64,000 nucleotides of DNA, taken from the NCBI GenBank assembly GCA_046293175.1, contig JBKBPM010000001.1, positions 235,446 to 299,445 on the forward strand, in the 5' to 3' direction. Below are positions 9,884 to 20,010 of the stretch, piece by piece (positions within the stretch are counted from its first letter, which is position 1; every line of letters begins with the position of its first letter). Below the pieces are notes generated by a model. That model was given only the letters and a program-made list of their open reading frames with translations. It was not told the origin of the DNA and searched no databases. Source of the DNA: Minisyncoccia bacterium (GTDB lineage: Bacteria; Patescibacteriota; Minisyncoccia; Phycocordibacterales; UBA918). A program made the translations under genes and the position numbers.

Positions 9884-9930
9884 CCGGGCGCGTGAGGGGA
9901 TACCTATCCTCGCGCGCCCGCTTTCGTTTG
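9884..9930 (+). terminator. GC-rich hairpin GGGCGCGTGAGG/CCTCGCGCGCCC followed by CTTTCGTTTG
   Basis: Inverted repeat immediately after the stop codon at 9878-9880. Confidence 0.55.
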
Positions 9931-10007
9931 TGGTTGCAAAAAGACAGTCTCGCGGTAGGATAGGGGCAGACAGGTAGTGGCTCGAACAGTGAAAGGTGGG
10001 AAAGACA

Positions 10008-10376
10008 ATGGTCGATATCGACTGCCGACTAGCACACATCAGTGTCAACAAGACTATGATCTACGGTATCACCCCATCCCTCCCCGGGTACGAGATGACG
10101 CCGAAGCAACTGTACTATGGTCAGACAGAGTGGCGGAATGATCCAGCAGCATGGATTGATTCCGCTTGGACAAGAACAAAAACCTTCAGGTCGCTGAAGT
10201 ATGATCTCTTTCTGCCGAATGCTGAGTATTTGTTTGGGGCCGTGGGCTTTACCTGTATTTTGTTTCGAATCACTCGGGACTCGTCGCTATCTCAAGAGTT
10301 TGGACATCGACGGGCGCCGCACCTACGCGCCCTCCGGCAGCTGGCTGCTATGCTGCAAGCAGTGAAAGTAGACTAA
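10008..10376 (+). CDS. Hypothetical protein (about 122 aa). ATG at 10008 is preceded by RBS AAAGGTGGG.
   Basis: Coding-like composition, its own RBS and terminator. No recognizable family. Confidence 0.45.
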   Translation: MVDIDCRLAHISVNKTMIYGITPSLPGYEMTPKQLYYGQTEWRNDPAAWIDSAWTRTKTFRSLKYDLFLPNAEYLFGAVGFTCILFRITRDSSLSQEFGHRRAPHLRALRQLAAMLQAVKVD

Positions 10377-10378
10377 GC

Positions 10379-10412
10379 AACCCCGTATTCCGTACGGGGT
10401 TGAACTTGTTTT
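10379..10412 (+). terminator. Terminator AACCCCGTA-TTCC-GTACGGGGTT followed by GAACTTGTTTT
   Basis: Inverted repeat directly after the stop. Confidence 0.55.
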
Positions 10413-10501
10413 AGGCTACTTATGTTTTTGGTCGTACAGGGTAGTATGAGTTTGGACAAAGGAGGAATGGCCCATGTCACATCTTGTGAGAGTGGTTCTG
10501 G

Positions 10502-12571
10502 CTAGTTAGTGTGGCGGATTGATTCTTTGATATCAAACCGTGGGTTCACTTTTTTGCCAGGGTTGAAGATATCGTCTGGGTCAAAGATCGCTTCGGTCTT
10601 TACGAAGAGATCAAGGAGAGGCTTTTTGAATAACTTTGAGAGGTGTGGTGTGCGGATGATACCGTCGTTGTGCTCGCCGCAGATATTACCTTTGTACTTG
10701 ATAGCGGTATTGTAGAAACGTTCGGCCATACGTTCGATGAGGAGCGGGGTATTGGCTTTGGTGAAGTCTAAGAGCGGATAGAAGTGGAAGTGACCATTGC
10801 CACCATGGCCATGAATGGCAGACTTCACATTAAACTCCTTAAAGAGTGACTTAATCTCCATGAAGAACTTACCGAGGTTCTCAGGCGGCACGGTCATGTC
10901 TTCGAGAAAAGCAGCGGGGCGCTTCTCGGGGTCAAGCAGTTTTGAAAGTGAGAAACTCGCACGGCGAATCTGGAGGAACATCTCGACCTCGCTTGGGTTT
11001 TTAATCACCCGGGCTTTGGCGCCTGGTGCAGACACTTTGGCTGCGATTTCTTGAGCTGGTGTGGCCTTCGTGGTCGCTTCATCGAGGGTGATAAGGATGG
11101 TGAACTCTGGTGTCTGGCGACCAAAGCGAATATGGAAGGTCGTGTACATCGAGAGGATGACCTTGTAGTAGTCCATACCTTGGAGACGAGTCTTAAAGAA
11201 GTCTGGATTCTTCAGTGCAAGGTCAAACGTGAGTGCGTCAAAGATTTCGACATTGATTGGATTGTACTTCAGTGCTGTCACGATAGACTTCGCAGCATCA
11301 TCAAGCTTAAAGAGGGGGAGGGCGATCAAGGTCGTGTTCTTTTGAATCTTGATGGCCTTGATGGTGAGATTTACGATGATACCAACCGTGCCCTGACTAC
11401 CAGAGATGATACGACCGAGATCAAAGGTGCCTTTACCTTTTTTGAAATCTTCGACATTTGTTGAAATCACATCCCAGAGCGCGTAGCCAGCTGAGTTCTT
11501 TTGTGTTTTTGGACGACCATTTTCGATGAGTGACTCATTCTTCTCAATCATTGCAAAGATTTCGCGAGCGATACGAGCGTAGGCGTGCTTTTCTTTGGTG
11601 AGGGACTTCAGTTCCTTGTACGAGAGAGGCTTCAGTGTATAGGTATTACCGTCATGGAGTACGACATCCATGGACTCGACCCATTCGGCACAATGACCGT
11701 AGCGAAGTGAGTCGGGGCCGGCGGCGTTGTTCGCAATCGAACCACCAATTGTGCAGATGTCCTTTGATGAGGTGTATGAGGGAATATACGAATCAACCTT
11801 ACGTAACTTCTTTTCGACATCACGCCACATCGCGCCAGGTTCGCAAACAATCGTCGCGCCTTCTTTGGTCGACTTCGCTTCAGCGATATGGGTGAGGTGG
11901 GGGGCGACATCAATCACAATGGAGTCCGTGAGTGATCCACCCGAAAGGCCAGTACCTGCGGCACGTGGGGTGAGCGAGAGAGAGGTAAAGCGCTTGGTCT
12001 CCACCGCAATGAGCTTCACCGCAGTCTCGACATCTTTACGGTCTTTTGGTTGGATGACTATCTGTGGTTGGATATAGAAAATACTTTCGTCGGTACTGTA
12101 CTTCTCAAGTACCTTACGGTCACTGCTGATACCTCCACGAAAACCGGCTTCGCGCAGTTTCTTTTCAAGGAGTAGGTGACCAAGGGGGTGACGCTTGATA
12201 GCGATTTTGTCTTTGTTTGAAATGGCACGTGATGGTACCCACGAGAGTGGTGGATGTTCGTGGTCATGTACCACTGCTGATTCAGGGGTTGGTTCTTTAA
12301 GCGGAGTGGCTTTGGTCTTGGGAGTCTTTTTGGCTGCAGGTTTTTTTACGGTTACTTTTTTGGTCTTTACCTTGGTGGCAGTTTTGGTTGGGAGCTTTAC
12401 GCTTACTTTTTCGGTGGTTTCAGCACTGACATACAAATCCGGATCGACAGTTGTCGCTTCGAGGTTTGGTCGCTTTTTTGCTTTTGGAGTGACTTTTTTT
12501 ACGATCGCTCCTTTACGCTTTCTAGTAGGTGCTTCGTCGATATCCACGACAGTTAAAGAACGCAATGCCAT
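10502..12571 (-). CDS. FAD-linked oxidoreductase (GlcD / D-lactate dehydrogenase family: FAD_binding_4 plus FAD-oxidase C-terminal domain) with an N-terminal lysine-rich basic low-complexity extension of about 110 aa
   Basis: FAD-binding motif TPRAAGTGLSGGSL. C-terminal HGHGGNGHFHF is typical of FAD-oxidase_C. N-terminal KVKTKKVTVKKPAAKKTPKTKATP repeats. Confidence 0.75.
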   Translation of the reverse strand: MALRSLTVVDIDEAPTRKRKGAIVKKVTPKAKKRPNLEATTVDPDLYVSAETTEKVSVKLPTKTATKVKTKKVTVKKPAAKKTPKTKATPLKEPTPESAVVHDHEHPPLSWVPSRAISNKDKIAIKRHPLGHLLLEKKLREAGFRGGISSDRKVLEKYSTDESIFYIQPQIVIQPKDRKDVETAVKLIAVETKRFTSLSLTPRAAGTGLSGGSLTDSIVIDVAPHLTHIAEAKSTKEGATIVCEPGAMWRDVEKKLRKVDSYIPSYTSSKDICTIGGSIANNAAGPDSLRYGHCAEWVESMDVVLHDGNTYTLKPLSYKELKSLTKEKHAYARIAREIFAMIEKNESLIENGRPKTQKNSAGYALWDVISTNVEDFKKGKGTFDLGRIISGSQGTVGIIVNLTIKAIKIQKNTTLIALPLFKLDDAAKSIVTALKYNPINVEIFDALTFDLALKNPDFFKTRLQGMDYYKVILSMYTTFHIRFGRQTPEFTILITLDEATTKATPAQEIAAKVSAPGAKARVIKNPSEVEMFLQIRRASFSLSKLLDPEKRPAAFLEDMTVPPENLGKFFMEIKSLFKEFNVKSAIHGHGGNGHFHFYPLLDFTKANTPLLIERMAERFYNTAIKYKGNICGEHNDGIIRTPHLSKLFKKPLLDLFVKTEAIFDPDDIFNPGKKVNPRFDIKESIRHTN

Positions 12572-12648
12572 ATATAGAAGTAGTATACCGTAGCGCTGAT
12601 TTTTTTCGGTAGAAAATAGTTATGATGTGTGAATTAAAAAATGAAATC

Positions 12649-12681
12649 CCCCAATAGCGCGAACGCATGTGGGGGTCGAAG
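12649..12681 (-). terminator. Hairpin CCCCCA-(16 nt)-TGGGGG followed by a T-run on the minus strand, downstream of gene 12810-13085
   Basis: Read from the sequence; moderate stem. Confidence 0.35.
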
Positions 12682-12809
12682 CGGCAGGGCCGCGGGTCGT
12701 CTTAGGTGTCGTGTAGGTTGAACTATTGCTCAGTTACGCGAGCGGAACATTTTTACTCACATAAGGTCGTCATCAAGGTGACCTGTTTGCGCTTGGTTTG
12801 TTGGTTGAC

Positions 12810-13085
12810 TTAGAAGCGCTTGTTGTGTCCAGCCTCAGTCAGGCTGAACACGTTTTCGTCATCGGGCTTCTCCACCAGACCCTGACGAATCAGGAAATTG
12901 AGAAGCCGCTTGACGCGAGCCTTGCGATGGTCTTCAGACATCGCGTCAGTGCCAATCGAGGAACGATTATCCCAGCCTTCATCGACGATTTCATCGATCG
13001 TGAACGCGTGCGGATCGAGGTCCTCGATCAAGTGTTCGAAGAGCCTCATGGCGTCGTCGGTGTCGCGGGTAACGATGTTCTGCAT
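12810..13085 (-). CDS. Hypothetical small protein (91 aa), possibly winged-helix-like
   Basis: Strong RBS AAGGAGAA before the ATG. KRLLNFLIRQGLVEKPDDENVFSLTEAG resembles a winged HTH. Confidence 0.5.
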   Translation of the reverse strand: MQNIVTRDTDDAMRLFEHLIEDLDPHAFTIDEIVDEGWDNRSSIGTDAMSEDHRKARVKRLLNFLIRQGLVEKPDDENVFSLTEAGHNKRF

Positions 13086-13222
13086 GGTGTGTTCTCCTTA
13101 AGGGAAAAGCACAACAGGTCTTTCGTCTAGATCATTTGAACGAACTGATTGTATGGTTCGCATTATACATACCAAAAGTAAAAAGTCAATACATTATATT
13201 ATTGTGATATACTACCCACACT

Positions 13223-14911
13223 ATGAACCAAGCGCGGGCGCTCGATATATTGAAGACCGGAGCGAACGTCTTTCTGACCGGTGAGCCAGGAGCCGGGAAG
13301 ACGTATGTCATCAATCAATACATCGCGTGGCTTGAGGCCTGTGGGCTCTCGGTCGCCGTTACGGCCTCAACTGGTATCGCTGCCACCCACATCGGTGGCA
13401 TGACCATACACTCCTGGAGTGGTGCCGGGGCACGTGATACCCTCACGCAGTACGACCTCGATCAAATTGTCTCGCGGGAAGCGACCGTGAAGCGGGTGAA
13501 AAAAGCGAAGGTACTCGTGATTGATGAAATCTCGATGCTCGATGGGAAGCTCCTTGATATGGTTGATGTGATTTGCCGGACGATTCGGCAGCGCAAAGAT
13601 GCGTTCGGGGGATTGCAGGTGATTTTCGTGGGTGACTTCTTTCAGTTGCCACCGGTGACAAGACAAGGAGAAATGATGCGCTACGCGTTTGAATCACGAG
13701 CGTGGCTTGAGGCGCGACCACTCGTCTGCTACCTCACCGAGCAACACCGTCAGGAGGATGAGCTCCTGCTCTCGCTGTTGTCGTCGATTAGGCGTAATGA
13801 CATTGAAGAAAGTCACTACACGCTCCTTAATGAACAGACTGATATTGTGTATGAAGGAATTGAACCCACTCGTCTTTATACGCACAACGCTGACGTCGAT
13901 GCGGTCAATGCGACAAAACTCGCCGCGCTCCCGGGGCGCGCTCGCACATACACCATGTCAGGGCGAGGGAGTAAACCACTGCTTGAAGTCTTGGTAAAGA
14001 ACTGTCTTTCACCAGAGACACTGACCCTAAAGGAAGATGCGATGGTTATGTGCACAAAGAATAATTTTGAGGCAGGGTATGTAAACGGCACCTTGGCGCG
14101 CGTCACAGCCTTTGATGCGGGTGGTAAGCCGATTATTGAAACGATCGAAGGCCGGAAGATTGTCATGGAGACGACGACCTGGGACGTCATTGAAGACGGC
14201 AAGATACGTGCCTCAATCGAACAGTATCCGCTGCGACTCGCGTGGGCGATTACGGTCCATAAGTCACAGGGGATGAGTCTTGATGCCGCTGAGGTCGATC
14301 TCTCTCGTGCTTTTGTCTTTGGACAGGGGTACGTGGCGCTATCTCGGGTGCGGAGTTTGGCGGGACTGAAGGTCCTTGGGATGCACCCAAATGCGCTCCA
14401 GGTCGACCCAAAGGTGGTGAACAAAGACAAACAATTTCGTGCCGACTCAGAGACGGCGGAAGATACGTTTCTCGCGATGCAAGACGAGGAGCTCCTTACG
14501 CTCCATACCCAGTTTGTGACTGCCCTTGGCGGCAAGCTCCCGTCAGCTGATACCGTGATTGTCGCTGGCAAGCGTGCGGTTAAGGAGCGGTTGAAGAAGC
14601 TCTCGACCTACGAAGAGACAAAATTGCGCTGGCAGGATGGCAAGACGCTTAAGGCGATTGCTAAAGAGCGCGAGATAGCGATTGGTACTATTATTGAACA
14701 TATCGATAAGCTCGTGGAGGGTGGGGAATTAACCGTGGATGATTTGACTCGCGCGGTGCGCGAGCTTGATCCTGATGGCGTTGGCGAGGCAGCGATTGTG
14801 AAAGCCATCAAAGAAATTGGTGACGAGAAACTAAAACCGCTGTACGAAGCGACGGGCGAGCAGTATGGGTACGATCTGATTCGCTTAGTCCGCGCCCTCT
14901 ATCGAAAATAA
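13223..14911 (+). CDS. ATP-dependent DNA helicase, Pif1/RecD family (AAA_30 plus a UvrD_C-like C-terminal region), with a C-terminal HTH-like domain
   Basis: Walker A GEPGAGKT, Walker B VLVIDEISM, and a helicase region ending VHKSQGMSLD. C-terminal KAIAKEREIAIGTIIEHI looks like an HTH. A TATACT -10 box lies 9 nt before the ATG. Confidence 0.75.
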   Translation: MNQARALDILKTGANVFLTGEPGAGKTYVINQYIAWLEACGLSVAVTASTGIAATHIGGMTIHSWSGAGARDTLTQYDLDQIVSREATVKRVKKAKVLVIDEISMLDGKLLDMVDVICRTIRQRKDAFGGLQVIFVGDFFQLPPVTRQGEMMRYAFESRAWLEARPLVCYLTEQHRQEDELLLSLLSSIRRNDIEESHYTLLNEQTDIVYEGIEPTRLYTHNADVDAVNATKLAALPGRARTYTMSGRGSKPLLEVLVKNCLSPETLTLKEDAMVMCTKNNFEAGYVNGTLARVTAFDAGGKPIIETIEGRKIVMETTTWDVIEDGKIRASIEQYPLRLAWAITVHKSQGMSLDAAEVDLSRAFVFGQGYVALSRVRSLAGLKVLGMHPNALQVDPKVVNKDKQFRADSETAEDTFLAMQDEELLTLHTQFVTALGGKLPSADTVIVAGKRAVKERLKKLSTYEETKLRWQDGKTLKAIAKEREIAIGTIIEHIDKLVEGGELTVDDLTRAVRELDPDGVGEAAIVKAIKEIGDEKLKPLYEATGEQYGYDLIRLVRALYRK

Positions 14912-15074
14912 AGTGTGGCCAAAACCGCCTGATACTGCGTCAGGTTGCAATCGAAAACATTCACCATATATTTAATACGTTTCATATTTTCTCATTTACC
15001 TTCTTTGTCTGCGACGATTTTTGACACACTTTAAGTTACTTTATTAAAAGTTTTTTGAGCTATTTACATTTGTT

Positions 15075-15548
15075 ATGAAGCAGTTGTGGAGTACGATAAA
15101 ACGTCGCGTCGCGAAAAAGCGACGGTCGGCACCAACACCGAATCCGAAGCGTACCGCCTACCTCAATCACAAAGAGGCCGCGCGGGCACTCTTGGTACCA
15201 ATGATAGAGGCTGAAGCTCTCCGTATTGGGGTGACGTATGGCCGTGTATCTATCAAGGACACGAAGCGCTGCTGGGGGAGCTGTTCGGCAAAAGGGAATC
15301 TCAATTTTCATTACAAGCTCCAGTTCTTACCGGAACACCTCACCCGGTATGTGGTCATTCATGAGCTCTGTCACCGCAAACACCTTAATCATAGCGAGGC
15401 ATTTTGGACCGAGGTCGCGCTTTGGTGTGAGGATGTGTCGGGCTGCCGCCGTGAGCTTCGCCATATTGAGCGACACATTGGTATGTCCAGGGAAAAGCTA
15501 GTGGCGTACCGGGATAGTCATGTTGTTACTACCTCGACAGCAGACTAG
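15075..15548 (+). CDS. YgjP-like metal-dependent hydrolase (DUF45 / M48-like, HExxH)
   Basis: Signature CWGSCS..YVVIHELCHRKHLNHSEAFW of the DUF45/WLM zincin family. Confidence 0.65.
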   Translation: MKQLWSTIKRRVAKKRRSAPTPNPKRTAYLNHKEAARALLVPMIEAEALRIGVTYGRVSIKDTKRCWGSCSAKGNLNFHYKLQFLPEHLTRYVVIHELCHRKHLNHSEAFWTEVALWCEDVSGCRRELRHIERHIGMSREKLVAYRDSHVVTTSTAD

Positions 15549-15587
15549 TTTTCTGGGGATTTACTAATCTGGTATACTGGCGGGGTT

Positions 15588-16841
15588 ATGCGAAATATTT
15601 TCCTTGCCGTTTGGCTATTACTCGGTATCTTTTCCGTCTTTACGATACTACCTGCAACCACTCCAAATGCGGTAGTGGCGAGTACCGAAGGGATTGTCGT
15701 AAGCGAGCCAATGGGGTCAGGGATGGTTTACCTTTTTGGCCGTGACTCGTGTGGTTTTTGTAAAGCAGAAAAGGAATTTTTAAGCGAGGAGAAAATACCC
15801 TATACGTATTTAAATATCGTTGAGGACGAGGCAGCAAAAGCGCTGTATGATCAAGTAACCGCGAAGCATAACTTGAGTAAGGTAACCCCAGTTACTGTCA
15901 TTGGTGAACGAGTGTTCCTTGGCTTCAATAGTCCTGATACGACCGGGCGAGAGATGAAAGAGGCGATTAAAGCGGCACAAAACAGTGATGTGCTAACAGT
16001 CGAAGATCACCTCAAGTTTGCACCAGTGCAGGAAGTGGCCTTTGGTGGTGGGTGTTCGGATATCGGTTGTACAGCAGCGACAGCCTCATATGTATTTGAT
16101 TTGCCACTCATTGGCACGGTTGATTTGAAATCGTTTTCACTATTTACGCTCTCGCTTCTCCTTGGCACTATCGATGGTTTTAACCCCTGTGCGATGTGGG
16201 TTCTCATTACCTTCCTCATGCTCTTGGCTCAGGCGGGGAGTCGGCAGAAGATGCTCTTCCTTGCCGGTCTCTTTATTGTGGCTGAGGCTATCATGTACAA
16301 CCTCATCCTTAACGTCTGGTATAAGACCTGGGACTTTGTGGCGCTTGATGAGATTGTGACGCCACTTGTTGGTATCTTGGCCCTCTCGGGAGGAACATTT
16401 TTCCTCTACCGCTGGTACCGTAGTTCAGCGACCGCGCTCGTGTGCGATATCACGGATATCGATTCTCAGACGAAGACCATTGGCAAATTGAAGGCGGTCA
16501 TCAATCAGCCACTTACTATCACCACGGTGCTTGCGATTATTGTTATTGCCTTTTCGGTCAATATTATTGAGTTCGCTTGCTCTATCGGTATCCCACAGGC
16601 GTACACGAAGATTCTTGACCTCAATATGCTCACCTTCCTTGAGCGACAGTGGTACATTCTCGTCTATACCTTTGGTTACATGATCGATGACTTTGTAGTC
16701 TTTGGACTGGCTATTTGGGGCTTTACCCGGCTTGAAGCGCACGGGGCCAAATACTCACGACTCTCGCTCTTGATTGGTGGGGTACTCATGTTGATTCTCG
16801 GTTTGATTATGGTGTTTAATCCTGATTTGTTGGTGTTGTAA
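15588..16841 (+). CDS. Membrane protein: N-terminal TM anchor, glutaredoxin/thioredoxin-like domain (CGFC), then a polytopic CcdA/DsbD-like thiol-disulfide transporter domain
   Basis: Glutaredoxin-like fold around VYLFGRDSCGFCKAEKEFL. Membrane-domain cysteines in GFNPCAMWVL and EFACSIGIPQAY resemble the two essential Cys of CcdA/DsbD-beta. Confidence 0.5.
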   Translation: MRNIFLAVWLLLGIFSVFTILPATTPNAVVASTEGIVVSEPMGSGMVYLFGRDSCGFCKAEKEFLSEEKIPYTYLNIVEDEAAKALYDQVTAKHNLSKVTPVTVIGERVFLGFNSPDTTGREMKEAIKAAQNSDVLTVEDHLKFAPVQEVAFGGGCSDIGCTAATASYVFDLPLIGTVDLKSFSLFTLSLLLGTIDGFNPCAMWVLITFLMLLAQAGSRQKMLFLAGLFIVAEAIMYNLILNVWYKTWDFVALDEIVTPLVGILALSGGTFFLYRWYRSSATALVCDITDIDSQTKTIGKLKAVINQPLTITTVLAIIVIAFSVNIIEFACSIGIPQAYTKILDLNMLTFLERQWYILVYTFGYMIDDFVVFGLAIWGFTRLEAHGAKYSRLSLLIGGVLMLILGLIMVFNPDLLVL

Positions 16842-16850
16842 GTAGTACTT

Positions 16851-17792
16851 ATGATTTCATTGATGTTAGTACAGTGGGGAGTGATGTTGGCGATGTCGCT
16901 GTATGTGCTCATCAAAGGAGCGGATATATTTCTTGATGGAACCAAGTTGGTAGGACGAGCACTTGGCATGAGTGCATTTACCATTGGTATTTTGATTGTC
17001 GGATTTGGTACGTCACTTCCTGAATTAGCTTCATCAATTGCTGGAGTACTGCAGGGAGCAAGTGAGTTAGCAGCAGCGAATGTGGTTGGCTCTAATATCA
17101 CCAATATACTGCTCATTGTTGGTTTGATGGCAGTTATCGCAGGGCGTCTCGCGTTTAATCAGGATATCCTCAAAACTGAGCTACCGCTGTTTGTGATATC
17201 GCAAGCAATCTTGGTGGCCGTGATTGCAGACGGTACAGTTGACCGGATTGACGCAGGCTTTGTGCTCGCAATTTTTGCAGCGTATCTGTGGTACATTATT
17301 GTAGAGGCCAAGCAAGGCGATACAGAAGACAATAAACGACCAAAGCTGCATCCGAAGACTCTCCTTATGATGCTGCTTGGACTTGGTGCCGTTTTGGTAG
17401 GTGCTCACTACACGGTTGAGATGGCAGTCAATATCGCCACAGCTTTAACCATTCCAGTTGGTCTTGTATCTATCACCGCAGTGGCGATTGGGACATCATT
17501 ACCCGAACTTATGGTGGGCATTCAGTCCGTGCGAAAAAAGGAAATGGAAATGGCTGTTGGGAATATTTTTGGTTCCAATACCTTTAATGCACTCGTGGTC
17601 ATCGGTATCCCCGCCCTCATTGCGCCACTAACCGTTGATGCGGTAGTACTTGGACTTGGTATTTGGTTTATGCTGGCCGCTTCACTCATGATTTTTGTGA
17701 TTGGACTATCACGTCAGGTGATGCGCTGGGAAGGGCTTATGATGCTCATTTTCTTTGCCTACTTCTTGACGAAGCTTGCCGTATTTTTGTAG
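16851..17792 (+). CDS. Ca2+/cation antiporter, CaCA (YrbG/NCX-like) family
   Basis: Two alpha-repeats with GTSLPEL motifs (GFGTSLPELASS and AIGTSLPELMVG); 313 aa polytopic. Confidence 0.75.
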   Translation: MISLMLVQWGVMLAMSLYVLIKGADIFLDGTKLVGRALGMSAFTIGILIVGFGTSLPELASSIAGVLQGASELAAANVVGSNITNILLIVGLMAVIAGRLAFNQDILKTELPLFVISQAILVAVIADGTVDRIDAGFVLAIFAAYLWYIIVEAKQGDTEDNKRPKLHPKTLLMMLLGLGAVLVGAHYTVEMAVNIATALTIPVGLVSITAVAIGTSLPELMVGIQSVRKKEMEMAVGNIFGSNTFNALVVIGIPALIAPLTVDAVVLGLGIWFMLAASLMIFVIGLSRQVMRWEGLMMLIFFAYFLTKLAVFL

Positions 17793-17801
17793 GATGCGGA
17801 C

Positions 17802-18512
17802 ATGACAGTCCCCGAAAACATCCTCCTCATCGATAAGCCAAAGGGCCTCACGTCCTTTGGGGTGGTGGCGCGCGTCCGGCGGATACTTGAGGTAAAAAAA
17901 GCCGGTCACGCCGGTACACTTGATCCACTTGCGACCGGTCTCATGGTCATTGGAGTAGGGTCAGGCACAAAGACGCTCACCAGTCTCGTGAAGCTTGATA
18001 AAGAGTACATAGCCGAGATACTCATCGGCCAAAGGCGGAGTACCGGTGACATGGAAGGGGAAGTACTGGAGGAAAAAGAAGTGCCCGTACAGATTCCGCT
18101 TGATACTATTGCGACCACACTTAAAAGTTTGCTTGGCGATATCGTACTTTCAGTCTCGGCCTATAGTGCTATCAAAGTTGATGGTGTCCCAATGTACAAA
18201 CGAGCACGCATCGCAAAGAAAAAAGGTGAGCACGCCGCGGGTGTGCCCGAGCGTGCAATGCGCGTAGATGCAGCCGAAATCCGCGCGAACGATTCTGTTA
18301 TATATGAGAGTAAACAATTCCAGTTGGTGACAGTGCGTTTTGCGGTAGGGAGTGGGACGTATATTCGTTCACTGGCCGAAGAGCTCGGGCGGCGGCTCGG
18401 CTACCCGGCAACACTGTTTAACTTGAGGCGTACCAAAGTGGGGGAGTTTTTGATTGAAGATTCTGTAACGCTTGAAGCATTGGCAGCCGCTCACAGCAAG
18501 AAATTATTTTGA
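17802..18512 (+). CDS. truB: tRNA pseudouridine(55) synthase TruB
   Basis: Motifs LIDKPKGLTSF and HAGTLDPLATGLMVIGVG, with the catalytic Asp. Confidence 0.85.
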   Translation: MTVPENILLIDKPKGLTSFGVVARVRRILEVKKAGHAGTLDPLATGLMVIGVGSGTKTLTSLVKLDKEYIAEILIGQRRSTGDMEGEVLEEKEVPVQIPLDTIATTLKSLLGDIVLSVSAYSAIKVDGVPMYKRARIAKKKGEHAAGVPERAMRVDAAEIRANDSVIYESKQFQLVTVRFAVGSGTYIRSLAEELGRRLGYPATLFNLRRTKVGEFLIEDSVTLEALAAAHSKKLF

Positions 18513-18573
18513 TGTAAAAAAATAGAGCCGGGCGCACATGGTGCGTCCGGACTCTTGCTTGTTGTCGCCTGCC

Positions 18574-18879
18574 TCAGGCGAAGATAGGCTCGTCTTTGTC
18601 GATGATCTTCAAGCGTTCGATCTTGGTTCTTGTCAGATCGATGCGCTGTTCGTGGAAGTCAGAGAAAGGTACCAACATATCCACGAGTCGGCGCTGCGTC
18701 TGCTGGTCATCAGAGTAGAGGATGAAATCACCTCGTGAAGTGATACCAGCCTTCAAGCTCTCGCCGACCACTCGCCGCAAGCGGTAGAGGTCGGCTTTGA
18801 GCGTTCCTCGTGACTCAAACACCGCTTTAGGGGCAGCCAAAGCGATGAACTCGTGACTGGGTTTCTTCGAACTTGCCAT
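18574..18879 (-). CDS. Hypothetical protein (101 aa), last gene of a three-gene minus-strand operon
   Basis: Coding-like composition, no family recognized. Confidence 0.4.
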   Translation of the reverse strand: MASSKKPSHEFIALAAPKAVFESRGTLKADLYRLRRVVGESLKAGITSRGDFILYSDDQQTQRRLVDMLVPFSDFHEQRIDLTRTKIERLKIIDKDEPIFA

Positions 18880-18927
18880 TTTGCTCTCCTGGTTTTTTGT
18901 TCTCCCCCAGGATGTGGCGATTACTCG

Positions 18928-19386
18928 TTACTTCTCAAGCGGCAGCTCAAGTTGAAGTTTCGTGACATATTGTAGGAGTAGATCAGCACCAGGATGGAGT
19001 GTCGCGAGGAGAGAACGAGATTTCTCATCTCGGCCCCCGGCGTTCTTCCAGTTCTGTATTGTGCTGAGCACACTGCCGTAGAGATTTCTGGTTTCCGTCG
19101 ACCAGCCCAATCTCGACTGCTTAGCGTTAAGAAACGCATCACGCAGTTCCTTATAGTTCAAGACCTTCTTTTCTTGTTTAGCAGCCCGGTAGACTCTTGA
19201 AAATTCCCGATCGAGTTCTTGGATGACTACCAGATCCCGTTCAAGTAAGAGCCGCAACGGACGTGCTATCTTGTTGTTCTGGTGCCGGTGGACAGTTACC
19301 AGGAAGGCGTCGACGATGAGCGTTCGGTCGACGAGCAGTGTAATCTTGCTGTAGTCTCCCATGAAGACTCCTTGGTTAATGGACAT
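18928..19386 (-). CDS. Hypothetical protein (144-152 aa), possibly PIN-like. The start is either MSINQ at 19386 or MGDYS at 19362.
   Basis: N-terminal ITLLVDRTLIVDAFL weakly resembles the first PIN-domain motif. It overlaps the upstream gene by 11 nt if it starts at 19386. Confidence 0.4.
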   Translation of the reverse strand: MSINQGVFMGDYSKITLLVDRTLIVDAFLVTVHRHQNNKIARPLRLLLERDLVVIQELDREFSRVYRAAKQEKKVLNYKELRDAFLNAKQSRLGWSTETRNLYGSVLSTIQNWKNAGGRDEKSRSLLATLHPGADLLLQYVTKLQLELPLEK

Positions 19387-19696
19387 GCTTCGTTCTGTGT
19401 TTGATCACGGTTTCGAATGGCTCGATCACCGCATCGTCATCATCGTCGTCACTTTCAGGTTGCGACTGGATCAATGCCACTCTCGCGACATGACCTGTCG
19501 CCTTCCAGGCGGTGTAGGCGGTTTGGGCCAGGACTTGTTGTAGGTCATCTTTGCACGGTTGACCAACCGGAAAATCACCATCCTGACTGTCGCCAATCAA
19601 GATAAAGATGTGCTGTTCATCAGGGTAGTACCAGACGTCAGCCACATCACCGGTTCTGTCGATTAGTTTGCCGACTAATATAGGAACGGTCATCAT
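19376..19696 (-). CDS. Hypothetical acidic protein (106 aa) with a poly-Asp tract (SDDDDDD); first gene of the three-gene operon
   Basis: ORF with protein-like composition. Overlaps the downstream gene. Confidence 0.4.
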   Translation of the reverse strand: MMTVPILVGKLIDRTGDVADVWYYPDEQHIFILIGDSQDGDFPVGQPCKDDLQQVLAQTAYTAWKATGHVARVALIQSQPESDDDDDDAVIEPFETVIKHRTKHVH

Positions 19697-19744
19697 TACC
19701 TCCGCAAGGTGCTTCTATATGTAGTATACAATAAAAAATAATGA

Positions 19745-19773
19745 TTGTCTAATGAAGTTCGGCGAGCTATAAT
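19745..19773 (+). promoter_or_regulatory. Sigma70-like promoter TTGTCT-17-TATAAT ending 6 nt before the ATG at 19780 (leaderless)
   Basis: Perfect -10 box, reasonable -35 and spacing read from the sequence. It sits in the divergent AT-rich intergenic region. Confidence 0.5.
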
Positions 19774-19779
19774 AGGCAC

Positions 19780-19995
19780 ATGAATTTTGAAAATAATCAC
19801 GAGTCAGAACCTACTATTAACGATTTTATGCGTGAGCGGCAGTATTTTTTAGCCAAATGGACCGCCGAGGGCAACAAAGATGCAGAACCGAGTATAGTTG
19901 AAGGAATCACCAAAGAAGTGTATGAAGGTATCATAGCGCCTCGAGAAGGTATTGCAAGGCTGCATGGGATTGATGATAATCGAATTGAACGCTAG
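19780..19995 (+). CDS. Hypothetical small protein (71 aa)
   Basis: Driven by the promoter above. Protein-like, no family. Confidence 0.4.
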   Translation: MNFENNHESEPTINDFMRERQYFLAKWTAEGNKDAEPSIVEGITKEVYEGIIAPREGIARLHGIDDNRIER

Positions 19996-20010
19996 AACTA
20001 GGAGTTAGTT